64,000 nucleotides of DNA, taken from the NCBI GenBank assembly GCA_902786925.1, contig CADAEK010000004.1, forward strand, positions 25,939 to 89,938. Reading direction: 5' to 3'. The notes beneath the pieces were generated by a model. It was not told the DNA's origin. It worked only from the letters and a program-made list of their open reading frames with translations, and searched no databases. This stretch comes from an uncultured Bacteroidales bacterium. GTDB lineage: Bacteria > Bacteroidota > Bacteroidia > Bacteroidales > Bacteroidaceae. The translations under genes were made by a program, and so were the position numbers. This document shows positions 9,768-18,300 of the stretch, piece by piece (position 1 is the first letter of the stretch; each line of letters opens with the position of its first letter).

Positions 9768-11276
9768 ATGAAACTCAAGAATATACTATTTGCCACACTT
9801 ACCATCTTGTTTCTCTTGTCATGCTCTCATCCTGCTGTACCAGAGAACGCACAAAAAGAAAATCGTCTGCCTAAAATCAGTCCTGATTACACAGAAGTAA
9901 CCATCCCTTGCAACATCTGTCCGCTCAACTTTGCGGTGCAAGAAAATGTCAGTGATGTGGTGGCAAAGTTAACCTACCCGGGCGGAGAACTCACCTATGG
10001 AAATCATCAGGTAGTTCAGATTGACGAGATGGAATGGAAAGATATCTTGAAGGCCTCAAAAGGCAACAGCATCCAGGTGGAGGTGTATGGAAAGACCTCC
10101 AATGGATGGAAGGTGTTCAAGCCCTTCAACATCTATGTGGCAGAAGACTCTATAGACAGCTACATCTCGTATCGCGTCATTCAGCCTTCCTATGTAGCAT
10201 ACGAGCAGTTGAGCATCAACCAGCGTGACCTCACAAGCTTTGACGAAACCGAGATTTACAACAATATGTCCGTCAGCACAGAAGGCAATGGACAATGCAT
10301 CAATTGCCATTCTTACCAAAACTTCAAGACAGACAATATGCTGTTCCATATGCGCCAAGGTTTTGGTGGCACCATGATGGCAGTCAATGGTCAGTTGAGA
10401 AAGGTGGACTTGAAGACAGACAGCACCATCAGCGCAGGTGTCTATCCAGCATGGCACCCCAGCAAGAGCCTGATTGCCTTTTCCACCAACAAGACCGGGC
10501 AGTCATTCCATACAAAAGACGTAAACAAGATTGAGGTACAAGACACTTACAGCGACCTCATCCTATACGATGTAGAAAAGAATGAGGTGAGCAACATTTC
10601 CAACAAATTGGAAGAGCTTGAGATATTCCCAACATGGAGTCCTGACGGAAAGAAACTCTACTACTGCTCAGCACACTTTGAATATCACCAAACAGACAGC
10701 GTCTTGCCTGAAACTGAGATGATACAGCGCTACAAGGAAGTGAAGTACGACTTGTGGCAAGCAGACTTCAATCCAAGCACCAAGAAATTCAGCAACTTTG
10801 AAAAGATCTACAACGCATCTGATTCGCTGAACCAAAGTGTCACCCTGCCACGAGTCAGCCCCGACGGGAAATACATTCTTTTTGCTCAGGCAGAATTTGG
10901 CTGCTTCCATGTATGGCACATCGACGCCGACATCTACATGATGGACTTGAGAACAAAGAAAGTACAGAAGTTGGATGCCGTGAACAGTCCTCGTTCCGAG
11001 AGTTATCCTACATGGTCAAGCAATGGACGCTGGATTATGGTTGATTCACGACGCGACGATGGCAACTACACACGCCCCTTCATTGCCTATTTTGACCGCA
11101 ACGGCAAAGCACACAAGCCCTTTGAAGTGCCACAGAAGGACCCCAACTTCTACACCTTCTTCCTTCGTTCTTTCAACAGACCTGAGTTCATGAAGGAGCC
11201 CGTTAAAATCAGTGCACAAGAATTTGCCCGCAAAGCAAAAGAAGATGCTGTGCCTGCCAAGTTTGTCACTCGATGA
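9768..11276 (+). CDS. Lipoprotein with one CxxCH motif and PD40/TolB-like beta-propeller repeats
   Basis: Lipobox LFLLSC. GQCINCHSY (CxxCH at 10296-10310). Four PD40-like repeats (YPAWHPSKSLIAF, FPTWSPDGKKLYY, LPRVSPDGKYILF, YPTWSSNGRWIMV). The stop overlaps the next start as ATGA. Confidence 0.7.
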   Translation: MKLKNILFATLTILFLLSCSHPAVPENAQKENRLPKISPDYTEVTIPCNICPLNFAVQENVSDVVAKLTYPGGELTYGNHQVVQIDEMEWKDILKASKGNSIQVEVYGKTSNGWKVFKPFNIYVAEDSIDSYISYRVIQPSYVAYEQLSINQRDLTSFDETEIYNNMSVSTEGNGQCINCHSYQNFKTDNMLFHMRQGFGGTMMAVNGQLRKVDLKTDSTISAGVYPAWHPSKSLIAFSTNKTGQSFHTKDVNKIEVQDTYSDLILYDVEKNEVSNISNKLEELEIFPTWSPDGKKLYYCSAHFEYHQTDSVLPETEMIQRYKEVKYDLWQADFNPSTKKFSNFEKIYNASDSLNQSVTLPRVSPDGKYILFAQAEFGCFHVWHIDADIYMMDLRTKKVQKLDAVNSPRSESYPTWSSNGRWIMVDSRRDDGNYTRPFIAYFDRNGKAHKPFEVPQKDPNFYTFFLRSFNRPEFMKEPVKISAQEFARKAKEDAVPAKFVTR

Positions 11277-12817
11277 GGATACCACTAAAATACATTTATC
11301 TCATAGCCTTCATCACCGTTGCATACATCATGTTGCCGGTGATGAATGCTGATTATCTGTACACGATTCAGGACAACAGCGCCTTCATCAATGGACACAC
11401 ATTCATGATGGACATTGTCACGCACAAGGGCGGTTGGATGATGTGGGTGTCATGCTATCTCACCCAGTTCTTCTACTACCCCTGGTTGGGCAGCACCTTC
11501 CTCATTCTCCTTTGGGCAGCCATCTACGGCATCACCATCCAGATGTGCAGCATCAAGGACAAATGGAGTCCATTGGCCCTCGTCATCCCCTGCGTCTTGC
11601 TTTACCACCTGCTCGACTACGGATATTGGATTTACTACGCAAAGATACCAGGTCTTCCCTTCCAGCCCACCCTGATGGTGTTAGCCTGCCTGCTCTTCAC
11701 ATGGGGAGTGCTTCTTTTGACTCGTCCTTTCAAAATCAGTTGGAGAGCAAAGGGCTGCATTGCCTGCGGCTTGCTTTTATCCTTGTTGGCCATCAGCCAG
11801 TGGTTATGGCCCACATCCGCATGGCATTACAACTATAACTTCCGCCATTCCATTCAGACCACTCTAACCGACAAGAACTTTAAGCACGAGTTACGAATGT
11901 ATCGTGCCTTAGATGAATTCCGCTTTGAGGATGTCCTCCGTGAGATGCCGAAAGAGGGTGAAGCTTCGCCCACCAATTTAATGGTGTTCTACAAGAACAT
12001 CGCCCTGATGCACACAGGGCAGATGGACAAGATGTTTGAGACAAACAACTGCGGAATTAAGCCTGTTCTGAGTGACTCCTTGAAGATACGTACCTCACTG
12101 TTGGGCGCACCACTCATCTATTACCTTTTCGGACAGATGAACTACTCCTACCGCTGGGCAATGGAGAATTCCGTCCAGTATGGCTTAAGTTTTCGGCATC
12201 TCAAGATGATAATTCGCACGGCTATCTTCAATCAGGAGTTCGATATGGCCGCCAAATATATCGCACTGCTCAAAAGCAGCACCTTTCACCGTTCATGGGC
12301 CATCGAGCATGAACAATGGATGCTCAACAGCACCCAGTTCATACAGAGCACGGAATATAAAACCATCCAGCCGCTACTCAACGAAAAGGAGAACGAACTC
12401 ACAGGTGATGATGGATTGTGTGAATTGTTCCTGCTGGATTACTACTCCACCCTGCCTGCGGTCAACACTCCGTTACAAGAAAACGTGGCATTGTGCATGA
12501 CACTGTGGGAGAAGAGCCAATACGCATTCTGCGTCCGCTTCTACGACTATGTGAACAATCACCCCAGCAGTCCCATCCCTGCTCTCTATCAAGAAGGAGC
12601 CATTTTATTGGGCAACGCCGAAGAATCCCCCATCACGCTCAATGGCTTTCAGTTTGACATTCCTATCAGAGAAAAATACAAGCAGTTTGTACAAGACTAC
12701 TACCAACTCCGTCAGCAAGGCATTGATGAGCAGGAGATGGGCAGACGCCTCAAACCTCTCTACGGCAACACTTACTGGTGGTACTACTACTTCTACAACG
12801 ATTTTGACATCTATTAA
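11273..12817 (+). CDS. Polytopic membrane protein with a C-terminal soluble domain (paralog B of 7759-9717)
   Basis: 514-aa ORF. Its start overlaps the upstream stop (ATGA at 11273-11276). The shared motif set is listed under paralog A. Confidence 0.75.
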   Translation: MRIPLKYIYLIAFITVAYIMLPVMNADYLYTIQDNSAFINGHTFMMDIVTHKGGWMMWVSCYLTQFFYYPWLGSTFLILLWAAIYGITIQMCSIKDKWSPLALVIPCVLLYHLLDYGYWIYYAKIPGLPFQPTLMVLACLLFTWGVLLLTRPFKISWRAKGCIACGLLLSLLAISQWLWPTSAWHYNYNFRHSIQTTLTDKNFKHELRMYRALDEFRFEDVLREMPKEGEASPTNLMVFYKNIALMHTGQMDKMFETNNCGIKPVLSDSLKIRTSLLGAPLIYYLFGQMNYSYRWAMENSVQYGLSFRHLKMIIRTAIFNQEFDMAAKYIALLKSSTFHRSWAIEHEQWMLNSTQFIQSTEYKTIQPLLNEKENELTGDDGLCELFLLDYYSTLPAVNTPLQENVALCMTLWEKSQYAFCVRFYDYVNNHPSSPIPALYQEGAILLGNAEESPITLNGFQFDIPIREKYKQFVQDYYQLRQQGIDEQEMGRRLKPLYGNTYWWYYYFYNDFDIY

Positions 12818-12886
12818 ATAGAATATACAAATTCCTCAACAAACACTTAAATTCACTAATTAACCCTATAGCTATATTTTAACAAC

Positions 12887-15055
12887 ATGAAGAAACTTAT
12901 TGTATTTTCCATGCTGGCAACAGCCACGCTGGGTATCCAAGCTCAAGGCACAGTACAGGACTACAAAAACGCCTATGCTGTACGCAACAAGTACTCCAAC
13001 AAGATGACGAATGGCAACATCAACGTACAATCACCCTGGCATGTCAATCCTTCTGTCTTCCATTATTCCACCTACAACGGTGACAGCACCGTCTGGTATG
13101 AAGTAGATGTCAAGACAGGCGAGAAAAAGGTCATTGCAAATCCTGAGCCACGCCAGCCACAACGTGGTTGGAGAGGTGGAGACAGCCACCACTGGATGGA
13201 AGTACGCGACGAGAAAGACGGGCGTTCTGAAAGCCCCGTCAACAAAGGCACATTCATCATTCACAAAGACAACAACCTCTACCTTGTCAGCGGACAGTCA
13301 GCCCACACAGCAGCAGACGCTCAAGAGCCTGCACTCAGCACACCCCTCACCACCGATGGTGTTGACACCTGCTACTATTCTTCATGGGGACGCTGGTCAA
13401 AGGATGGCAAGTACTACGCCACCGTGCTCATCAAGCCCGCTCCTAAGCGTTTCGTGACCTATACCCTCTCCTCACCCACCGACCAGGTACAGCCCAAGTA
13501 TTCGCAACAGGAATACGCCAAGCCTGGCGACTCTCTCAACTACCGCATTCCAGTTGTCGTGGATGTAGAGAACAAGCGCACTATCTATCCCAAGAGCACA
13601 GCCCTGTTCGCTTCCCAGTATCAGGTCACAGCACCCCAATGGGACGAGAACGGCAAGACCCTCACATTTGAGTTCAACGAGCGCGGCCACAAGACCTACC
13701 GCATCTTGGAGATGGACCTGGAAGGCAACGTGCGCACCCTCATCGAAGAGAAGAATGATAAATACGTAGCCTACTCTCGCAACTTCCGTCAAGACCTCGA
13801 TGCTGACCATATCCTCTGGAAGAGCGACCGCGATGGCCACGCACACCTATATTTATATAATAGAAAGAATGGCAAGCTGACCCAAGTCACCAAAGGCGAC
13901 TACTGGGTACGCGGTGTGCAACACGCCGAGATAGACAAGACCGGCAAGGGATACATCATCTTCTCTGCCAACGGAAAGGGCTATAAGAACATGGGCACAG
14001 TGAAGTCAAGCTTCGACGCACAAATCCCAGAAGAAGACCCTTACCACATTCACTACTATCGCATTGACCTCAACGGCAAGAACCTCGTCAGCCTGACTCC
14101 AGAGCGAGGCACCCACAGCATCACACTCAACTCCGACAACACAGCCTTCATTGACACCTATTCATCCATTGACCAGGCACCAGTCACCGTGCTTCGTTCT
14201 GCCATTGACGGCACACTCATCTCCACACTCGAGACTGCCAACATCAAAAAGCTAGAAGCCACAGGATGGAAAGCCCCTGAGGTCTTCGTAGCCCCTGGAC
14301 GCGATGGCAAAACAGACATGTGGGGACTCATCCAACGCCCATCCAACTTCGACCCCAATAAGAAATACCCTGTCATTGAGTACATCTATTCAGGTCCCGG
14401 CGACCAGTACGTGCCCAAGAAGTTCACCCCTTGGCTCTACTACCTGCAAGATGTCGCCGAACTCGGCTTCATCGTCGTACAACTCGATGCCATGACCACC
14501 TCATTCCGCAACCTCGACTTCGAGCAAGTCTGCTACAAGAACCTCAAAGACGCAGGTTTCCCCGACCGCATTGCATGGATCAAGGCTGCAGCAGAGAAAT
14601 ACCCCTACATGGACATAGACCGCATGGGCATCTATGGTTGCTCCGCAGGTGGCCAGGAAGCACTCGGCGCCCTCCTCTTCCACGGAGACTTCTACAAAGC
14701 TGCCTACGCAGCGTGTGGCTGCCACGACAACCGCATGGACAAAATCTGGTGGAACGAGCAATGGATGGGTTATCCAGTCGATAACTCCTACATCGAAAGC
14801 TCCAACGTCGAGAACGCCAAGAACCTGCAAGGCAAGCTCATGCTCCTTGTCGGCGAGATGGATGACAATGTTGACCCATCCTCTTCATACCAAGTGGTCA
14901 ATGCCCTCATCAAGGCCAACAAAGACTTCGAGTTCATCCTCATTCCGGGCGCCCACCACACCATGGGTGAAAACTTTGGTGAGCACAAGCGTGCCGACTT
15001 CTTCGTCAAGAACCTCCTGGGTGTAGAGCCCCCCGCATGGAGCGACATCAAATAA
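12887..15055 (+). CDS. S9B family dipeptidyl peptidase (DPP IV-like)
   Basis: 722-aa ORF with a signal peptide, an N-terminal propeller region and a C-terminal alpha/beta hydrolase domain with the nucleophile elbow GCSAGG, later MDDNVD and GAHHTMG. Confidence 0.8.
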   Translation: MKKLIVFSMLATATLGIQAQGTVQDYKNAYAVRNKYSNKMTNGNINVQSPWHVNPSVFHYSTYNGDSTVWYEVDVKTGEKKVIANPEPRQPQRGWRGGDSHHWMEVRDEKDGRSESPVNKGTFIIHKDNNLYLVSGQSAHTAADAQEPALSTPLTTDGVDTCYYSSWGRWSKDGKYYATVLIKPAPKRFVTYTLSSPTDQVQPKYSQQEYAKPGDSLNYRIPVVVDVENKRTIYPKSTALFASQYQVTAPQWDENGKTLTFEFNERGHKTYRILEMDLEGNVRTLIEEKNDKYVAYSRNFRQDLDADHILWKSDRDGHAHLYLYNRKNGKLTQVTKGDYWVRGVQHAEIDKTGKGYIIFSANGKGYKNMGTVKSSFDAQIPEEDPYHIHYYRIDLNGKNLVSLTPERGTHSITLNSDNTAFIDTYSSIDQAPVTVLRSAIDGTLISTLETANIKKLEATGWKAPEVFVAPGRDGKTDMWGLIQRPSNFDPNKKYPVIEYIYSGPGDQYVPKKFTPWLYYLQDVAELGFIVVQLDAMTTSFRNLDFEQVCYKNLKDAGFPDRIAWIKAAAEKYPYMDIDRMGIYGCSAGGQEALGALLFHGDFYKAAYAACGCHDNRMDKIWWNEQWMGYPVDNSYIESSNVENAKNLQGKLMLLVGEMDDNVDPSSSYQVVNALIKANKDFEFILIPGAHHTMGENFGEHKRADFFVKNLLGVEPPAWSDIK

Positions 15056-15117
15056 GGACTTATAGGAGGTGAAGCAACGCCTTGCTGCGCTTAGGCACTT
15101 CACCACCCCATATTTAA

Positions 15118-15154
15118 GGGCACAATACCGAACACGTGTTTCGGTATTGTGCCC
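15118..15154. terminator. Bidirectional hairpin terminator between the DPP IV-like and cupin genes
   Basis: 15-bp perfect stem gggcacaataccgaa / ttcggtattgtgccc around a cacgtgt loop, followed by a T-rich tract. It sits between convergent genes. Confidence 0.6.
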
Positions 15155-15240
15155 TTCTTCTATTCTCGTAGTTCAAAGCGCAACCCACAAGAAAAAGAGT
15201 CACCTATGAGTTGCCTAAAAATCCAAGCTTGCAAACAAGC

Positions 15241-15705
15241 CTAATCCAACGGTATTTCAGGATGCTGAACAGCCAGTTCCTTTCCCTCCTGAGAGAGATA
15301 GAACATATAAAGAATTACATCCTTCTTGCCTCGGTTTTCGCCGTGATGAATGGTATTCACCATCTCCACAACAGCCTCTCCCTCATGCACGACCTTCTCT
15401 TTACCGTCTGCTCCGATGATTGTCAGTTCACCCTGCACCAAAACACCATAATTCATCACAGGATGATGGTGCCAGCCCAGTTTCTGTCCTGCGGGAAACA
15501 CATATTTCACAGCCACCAGTTCAGGACGTCCTTGGAGATAATCAGGCAGTGCCACACCGTCCCAACTTTGGCTGGTACGAATCAACTCGACAGATTTCAC
15601 CTTTGGAGTTTCATCATTATTAGCATTAGCCTTTTCACAGCTTGAGAAAAGAGTTGCGCTGCCGATTGTAAGGGTTGCAGCCAGAACCCACATCATCTTT
15701 TTCAT
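15241..15705 (-). CDS. Cupin domain lipoprotein
   Basis: The start was moved to MKKMMWVLAATLTIGSATLFSSC (lipobox). GWHHHP ... GENRG resembles the cupin metal-binding motifs. Confidence 0.65.
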   Translation of the reverse strand: MKKMMWVLAATLTIGSATLFSSCEKANANNDETPKVKSVELIRTSQSWDGVALPDYLQGRPELVAVKYVFPAGQKLGWHHHPVMNYGVLVQGELTIIGADGKEKVVHEGEAVVEMVNTIHHGENRGKKDVILYMFYLSQEGKELAVQHPEIPLD

Positions 15706-15857
15706 AGTTATTTGTTTGGGGTTTATAAATATCATTAAAGGTTTCCTCATTCCCTCTGTTTAGAGGAAGAAGGACATACATCAGGGGGTAACAAAATCAA
15801 GAATGACGTCTTTTTCATCATAGATCATTACGTCATAGTTAACATTAAAGTTCGTCA

Positions 15858-15865
15858 CAAAAGTA
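15858..15865 (-). promoter_or_regulatory. -7 promoter box (TACTTTTG on minus strand) upstream of the cupin gene
   Basis: Plus-strand caaaagta, about 150 nt upstream of the ATG at 15705. Confidence 0.4.
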
Positions 15866-16037
15866 GTAATAATTCTCCAAGAAACAACACATTCATGACT
15901 ATTTTTCTTCCATATAGAAAGAATCCATCCGTTTTTTATACGATTTGACAACTATTCACACTATAGAAATTCATTCTTCGTGTTTCGTGGATTGAGGGGA
16001 TTTTGGGAAAAAGTGTCTTTGTCAACGATTGAAGGGA

Positions 16038-17159
16038 TTACTCGTTAGATTCGTGCATCCACACCGTCACGTTCTGCCCCATTCGTTGTTTGAAAGCAAG
16101 GCTGAAGGTGCTGTAGCTACGGTATCCACTATCACGAGCCAGTTCCTGGGCGGTGAAGGGACGCTGGGTGCTGACAGCCTCGCGGTAGAGAGAAACGAAA
16201 TGGCTGATGCGCAAATTATTAATATAGCTATTGTAGGTCATGCCCTGACTGGCAAAATACTGGCTAAGATAGAAACGGTTAATGCCTATCGTTTTGGCAA
16301 GCTGTAGGAGGGTCAAGTCGTGCTGCAAGTATAGTTTCGTATCGATGCAATGGAGCTGCAGCAATGAGCCGATGTTGGCGTGTACGGTTTCAGATAGCAC
16401 ATTTCCTCCCTGGCTCTCAACGGCCACGGCTTCCTCTTCCACAAATGGGAGCTGAGGTCGGGAGAGGCTCAGGTCACTCAGGGTCTCCACTCGCCACAGG
16501 AGATAGCCAATCAGCACTAAGCAGCAGGACTGAACGACATATCTGTATGAAGGACCGTCGTCGTCAAACAAATAGATTATGAAGGCCAACAAGATGACAG
16601 CGAGCACGACAAAGCTTTTCCACACCTCTTTGTACTCCAAATCGGCATAGTTGTCACGCAACCAGCGACCATACAGCCTGACCTCATGAATCATATAAAT
16701 GATGATGCCTATGCCCAAGAGCAGGAGATAGACAAGGAACAGGGGCAGAAGTGTGTCGTCATGAGTGATGATGCACAACACCAGTCCCATCACGATGGGA
16801 GCCACCATCACCGGTACGGGCCACATAGGGCGCTTGCGGTCTTGGAGCATCGAAGTCAGGATGAGTAATGCCAAAGGAAGAACAGTCATGCTATCGAGCA
16901 GTCCACCTATCAGATAGGCCTCGCGCACTTGGTCAGGGGAGGTGAGGAAAATGACAGGCACATACCACACGTGGCTCAAACCGATAGACGCGAAGAAGGC
17001 TGCTGTACAACGGCGCAAACGTACAGGCGTTGTGACGCCAGAGGCAAAGGCGTTGCCCCTGCGAAACAGCAGATAGCATGATGCAAGAAGAGACACCATA
17101 GCTACTCCCGCATAAAACATAATAAACGGTATGTCTTCCCGGATTTGTTGCTCGTACAT
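16038..17159 (-). CDS. Membrane-anchored AraC-family transcriptional regulator
   Basis: 373 aa. The N-terminal half has about 6 hydrophobic helices. The C-terminal 100 aa is an AraC-type HTH (INRFYLSQYF ... GYRSYSTFSLAFKQ). Confidence 0.8.
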   Translation of the reverse strand: MYEQQIREDIPFIMFYAGVAMVSLLASCYLLFRRGNAFASGVTTPVRLRRCTAAFFASIGLSHVWYVPVIFLTSPDQVREAYLIGGLLDSMTVLPLALLILTSMLQDRKRPMWPVPVMVAPIVMGLVLCIITHDDTLLPLFLVYLLLLGIGIIIYMIHEVRLYGRWLRDNYADLEYKEVWKSFVVLAVILLAFIIYLFDDDGPSYRYVVQSCCLVLIGYLLWRVETLSDLSLSRPQLPFVEEEAVAVESQGGNVLSETVHANIGSLLQLHCIDTKLYLQHDLTLLQLAKTIGINRFYLSQYFASQGMTYNSYINNLRISHFVSLYREAVSTQRPFTAQELARDSGYRSYSTFSLAFKQRMGQNVTVWMHESNE

Positions 17160-17209
17160 GACGGATTGGTATTAATCCACTCTATTCGTTATAGCAGTAG
17201 AAAAGTTCG

Positions 17210-17217
17210 CAAATATA
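17210..17217 (-). promoter_or_regulatory. -7 promoter box (TATATTTG on minus strand) for the AraC-family gene
   Basis: Plus-strand caaatata, 50 nt upstream of the ATG at 17159. Confidence 0.45.
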
Positions 17218-17435
17218 CGAACTATATTCAAAACACAAACACTTTATTGCATAAAATACACCTTTTTGTGTAATTTTTTCTTCATATTCACATCAAACAC
17301 ATCCCGGTGAGCGAATGATCCTTTGTCTTTGTGCTGCTCATAACAGCTTCATTTTCGGCCAACCGGATCCGCACTTTCAGCACACCCGTTTACAACAATT
17401 TTATGTCAAAACGCTTTGATTTCAAAAAGTATTCG

Positions 17436-17443
17436 TACTTTTG
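17436..17443 (+). promoter_or_regulatory. -7 promoter box TACTTTTG for the glutathione peroxidase gene
   Basis: TAnnTTTG match 145 nt upstream of the ATG at 17589. Confidence 0.45.
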
Positions 17444-17588
17444 CAGCCGTGATGACACGACAAGAGATGATCCATCCATGAAGAATGGAATGTTTCATGA
17501 GCCTTTGGAATCATTCACTCTATCAACAACGAATCCCTCTTATACAACCCCTTCATACAAAAGTTTCAAACAAACACAATTGTTAACT

Positions 17589-18215
17589 ATGATGAAAAAA
17601 ATTTCCCTTTTAGCGTTGCTGGCAGCTTTGTTTTGCCTCTCTGCCTGCAGCACCAACAACACGAAGAAGATTTATGACTTCAAGTTTCCTGCCAACGACG
17701 GCACAGAGTTAGATTTTGCCCAATTCAAGGGAAAGGTCCTTTTGATTGTGAACACAGCAAGCAAATGCGGTTTTACACCTCAGTTTGATGGTTTGGAGTA
17801 ATTGTACGAGCAGTACAAAAGTCAAGGTCTGGTGGTCATCGGATTCCCTTGCAACCAGTTTGCAGAGCAAGACCCAGGCACAAACAGCGAGATTCTCCGG
17901 TTCTGCCAGATGAACTACGGAGTGAAATTCCTGCTAATGGAAAAGTCGGACGTGAACGGCCCTAATGCCAATCCTATCTTCACTTACCTGAAGGGTCAAG
18001 CCGGATTTGCAGGCTTCAACCCCTCACACCCTCTGGCTAAGATTCTGGAAGACACGCTGTCAAAGAAAGACCCCAACTATGCCAAGAATTCAGACATCAA
18101 GTGGAACTTCACCAAGTTCCTCATCTCCAAAGATGGCAGCGAGGTGAAACGCTTTGAGCCTACTGTTACCCCAGAAGAACTCACCTCTGAAATTGAAGAT
18201 ATGCTGGACGAGTAA
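17589..18215 (+). pseudogene. Glutathione peroxidase (BtuE/Gpx-like lipoprotein) interrupted by one in-frame TAA at 17799-17801
   Basis: ORFs 17331-17801 and 17802-18215 are in the same frame. Joined, they read ...[40 protein letters not shown]...WNFTKFLI..., colinear with Gpx and with no indel. The likely start is MMKKISLLALLAALFCLSAC at 17589. Confidence 0.8.
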
Positions 18216-18232
18216 GCGCTAGCACTACACAG

Positions 18233-18286
18233 CAAGCATCGGGATGCCGAGCGGAGAAAGAGGACCGCAGGACATCCCGATGCTTG
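18233..18286. terminator. Hairpin between the convergent gpx and PreA-like genes
   Basis: 14-bp perfect stem caagcatcgggatg / catcccgatgcttg around a 26-nt structured loop, followed by tgtgtgtttgt. Confidence 0.5.
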
Positions 18287-18300
18287 TGTGTTTGTACGTG

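Noticed and set aside
17331-17588. Upstream 86 codons of the track ORF preceding the Gpx lipoprotein signal
   Set aside because: It starts at GTG, contains the promoter box at 17436 and shows no Gpx homology. The lipoprotein signal MMKKISLL...LSAC at 17589 is the natural start.
17799-17801. In-frame stop in gpx as a selenocysteine recoding site
   Set aside because: The codon is TAA, not TGA. It is not at the catalytic position, which is a TGC cysteine at 17765-17767.
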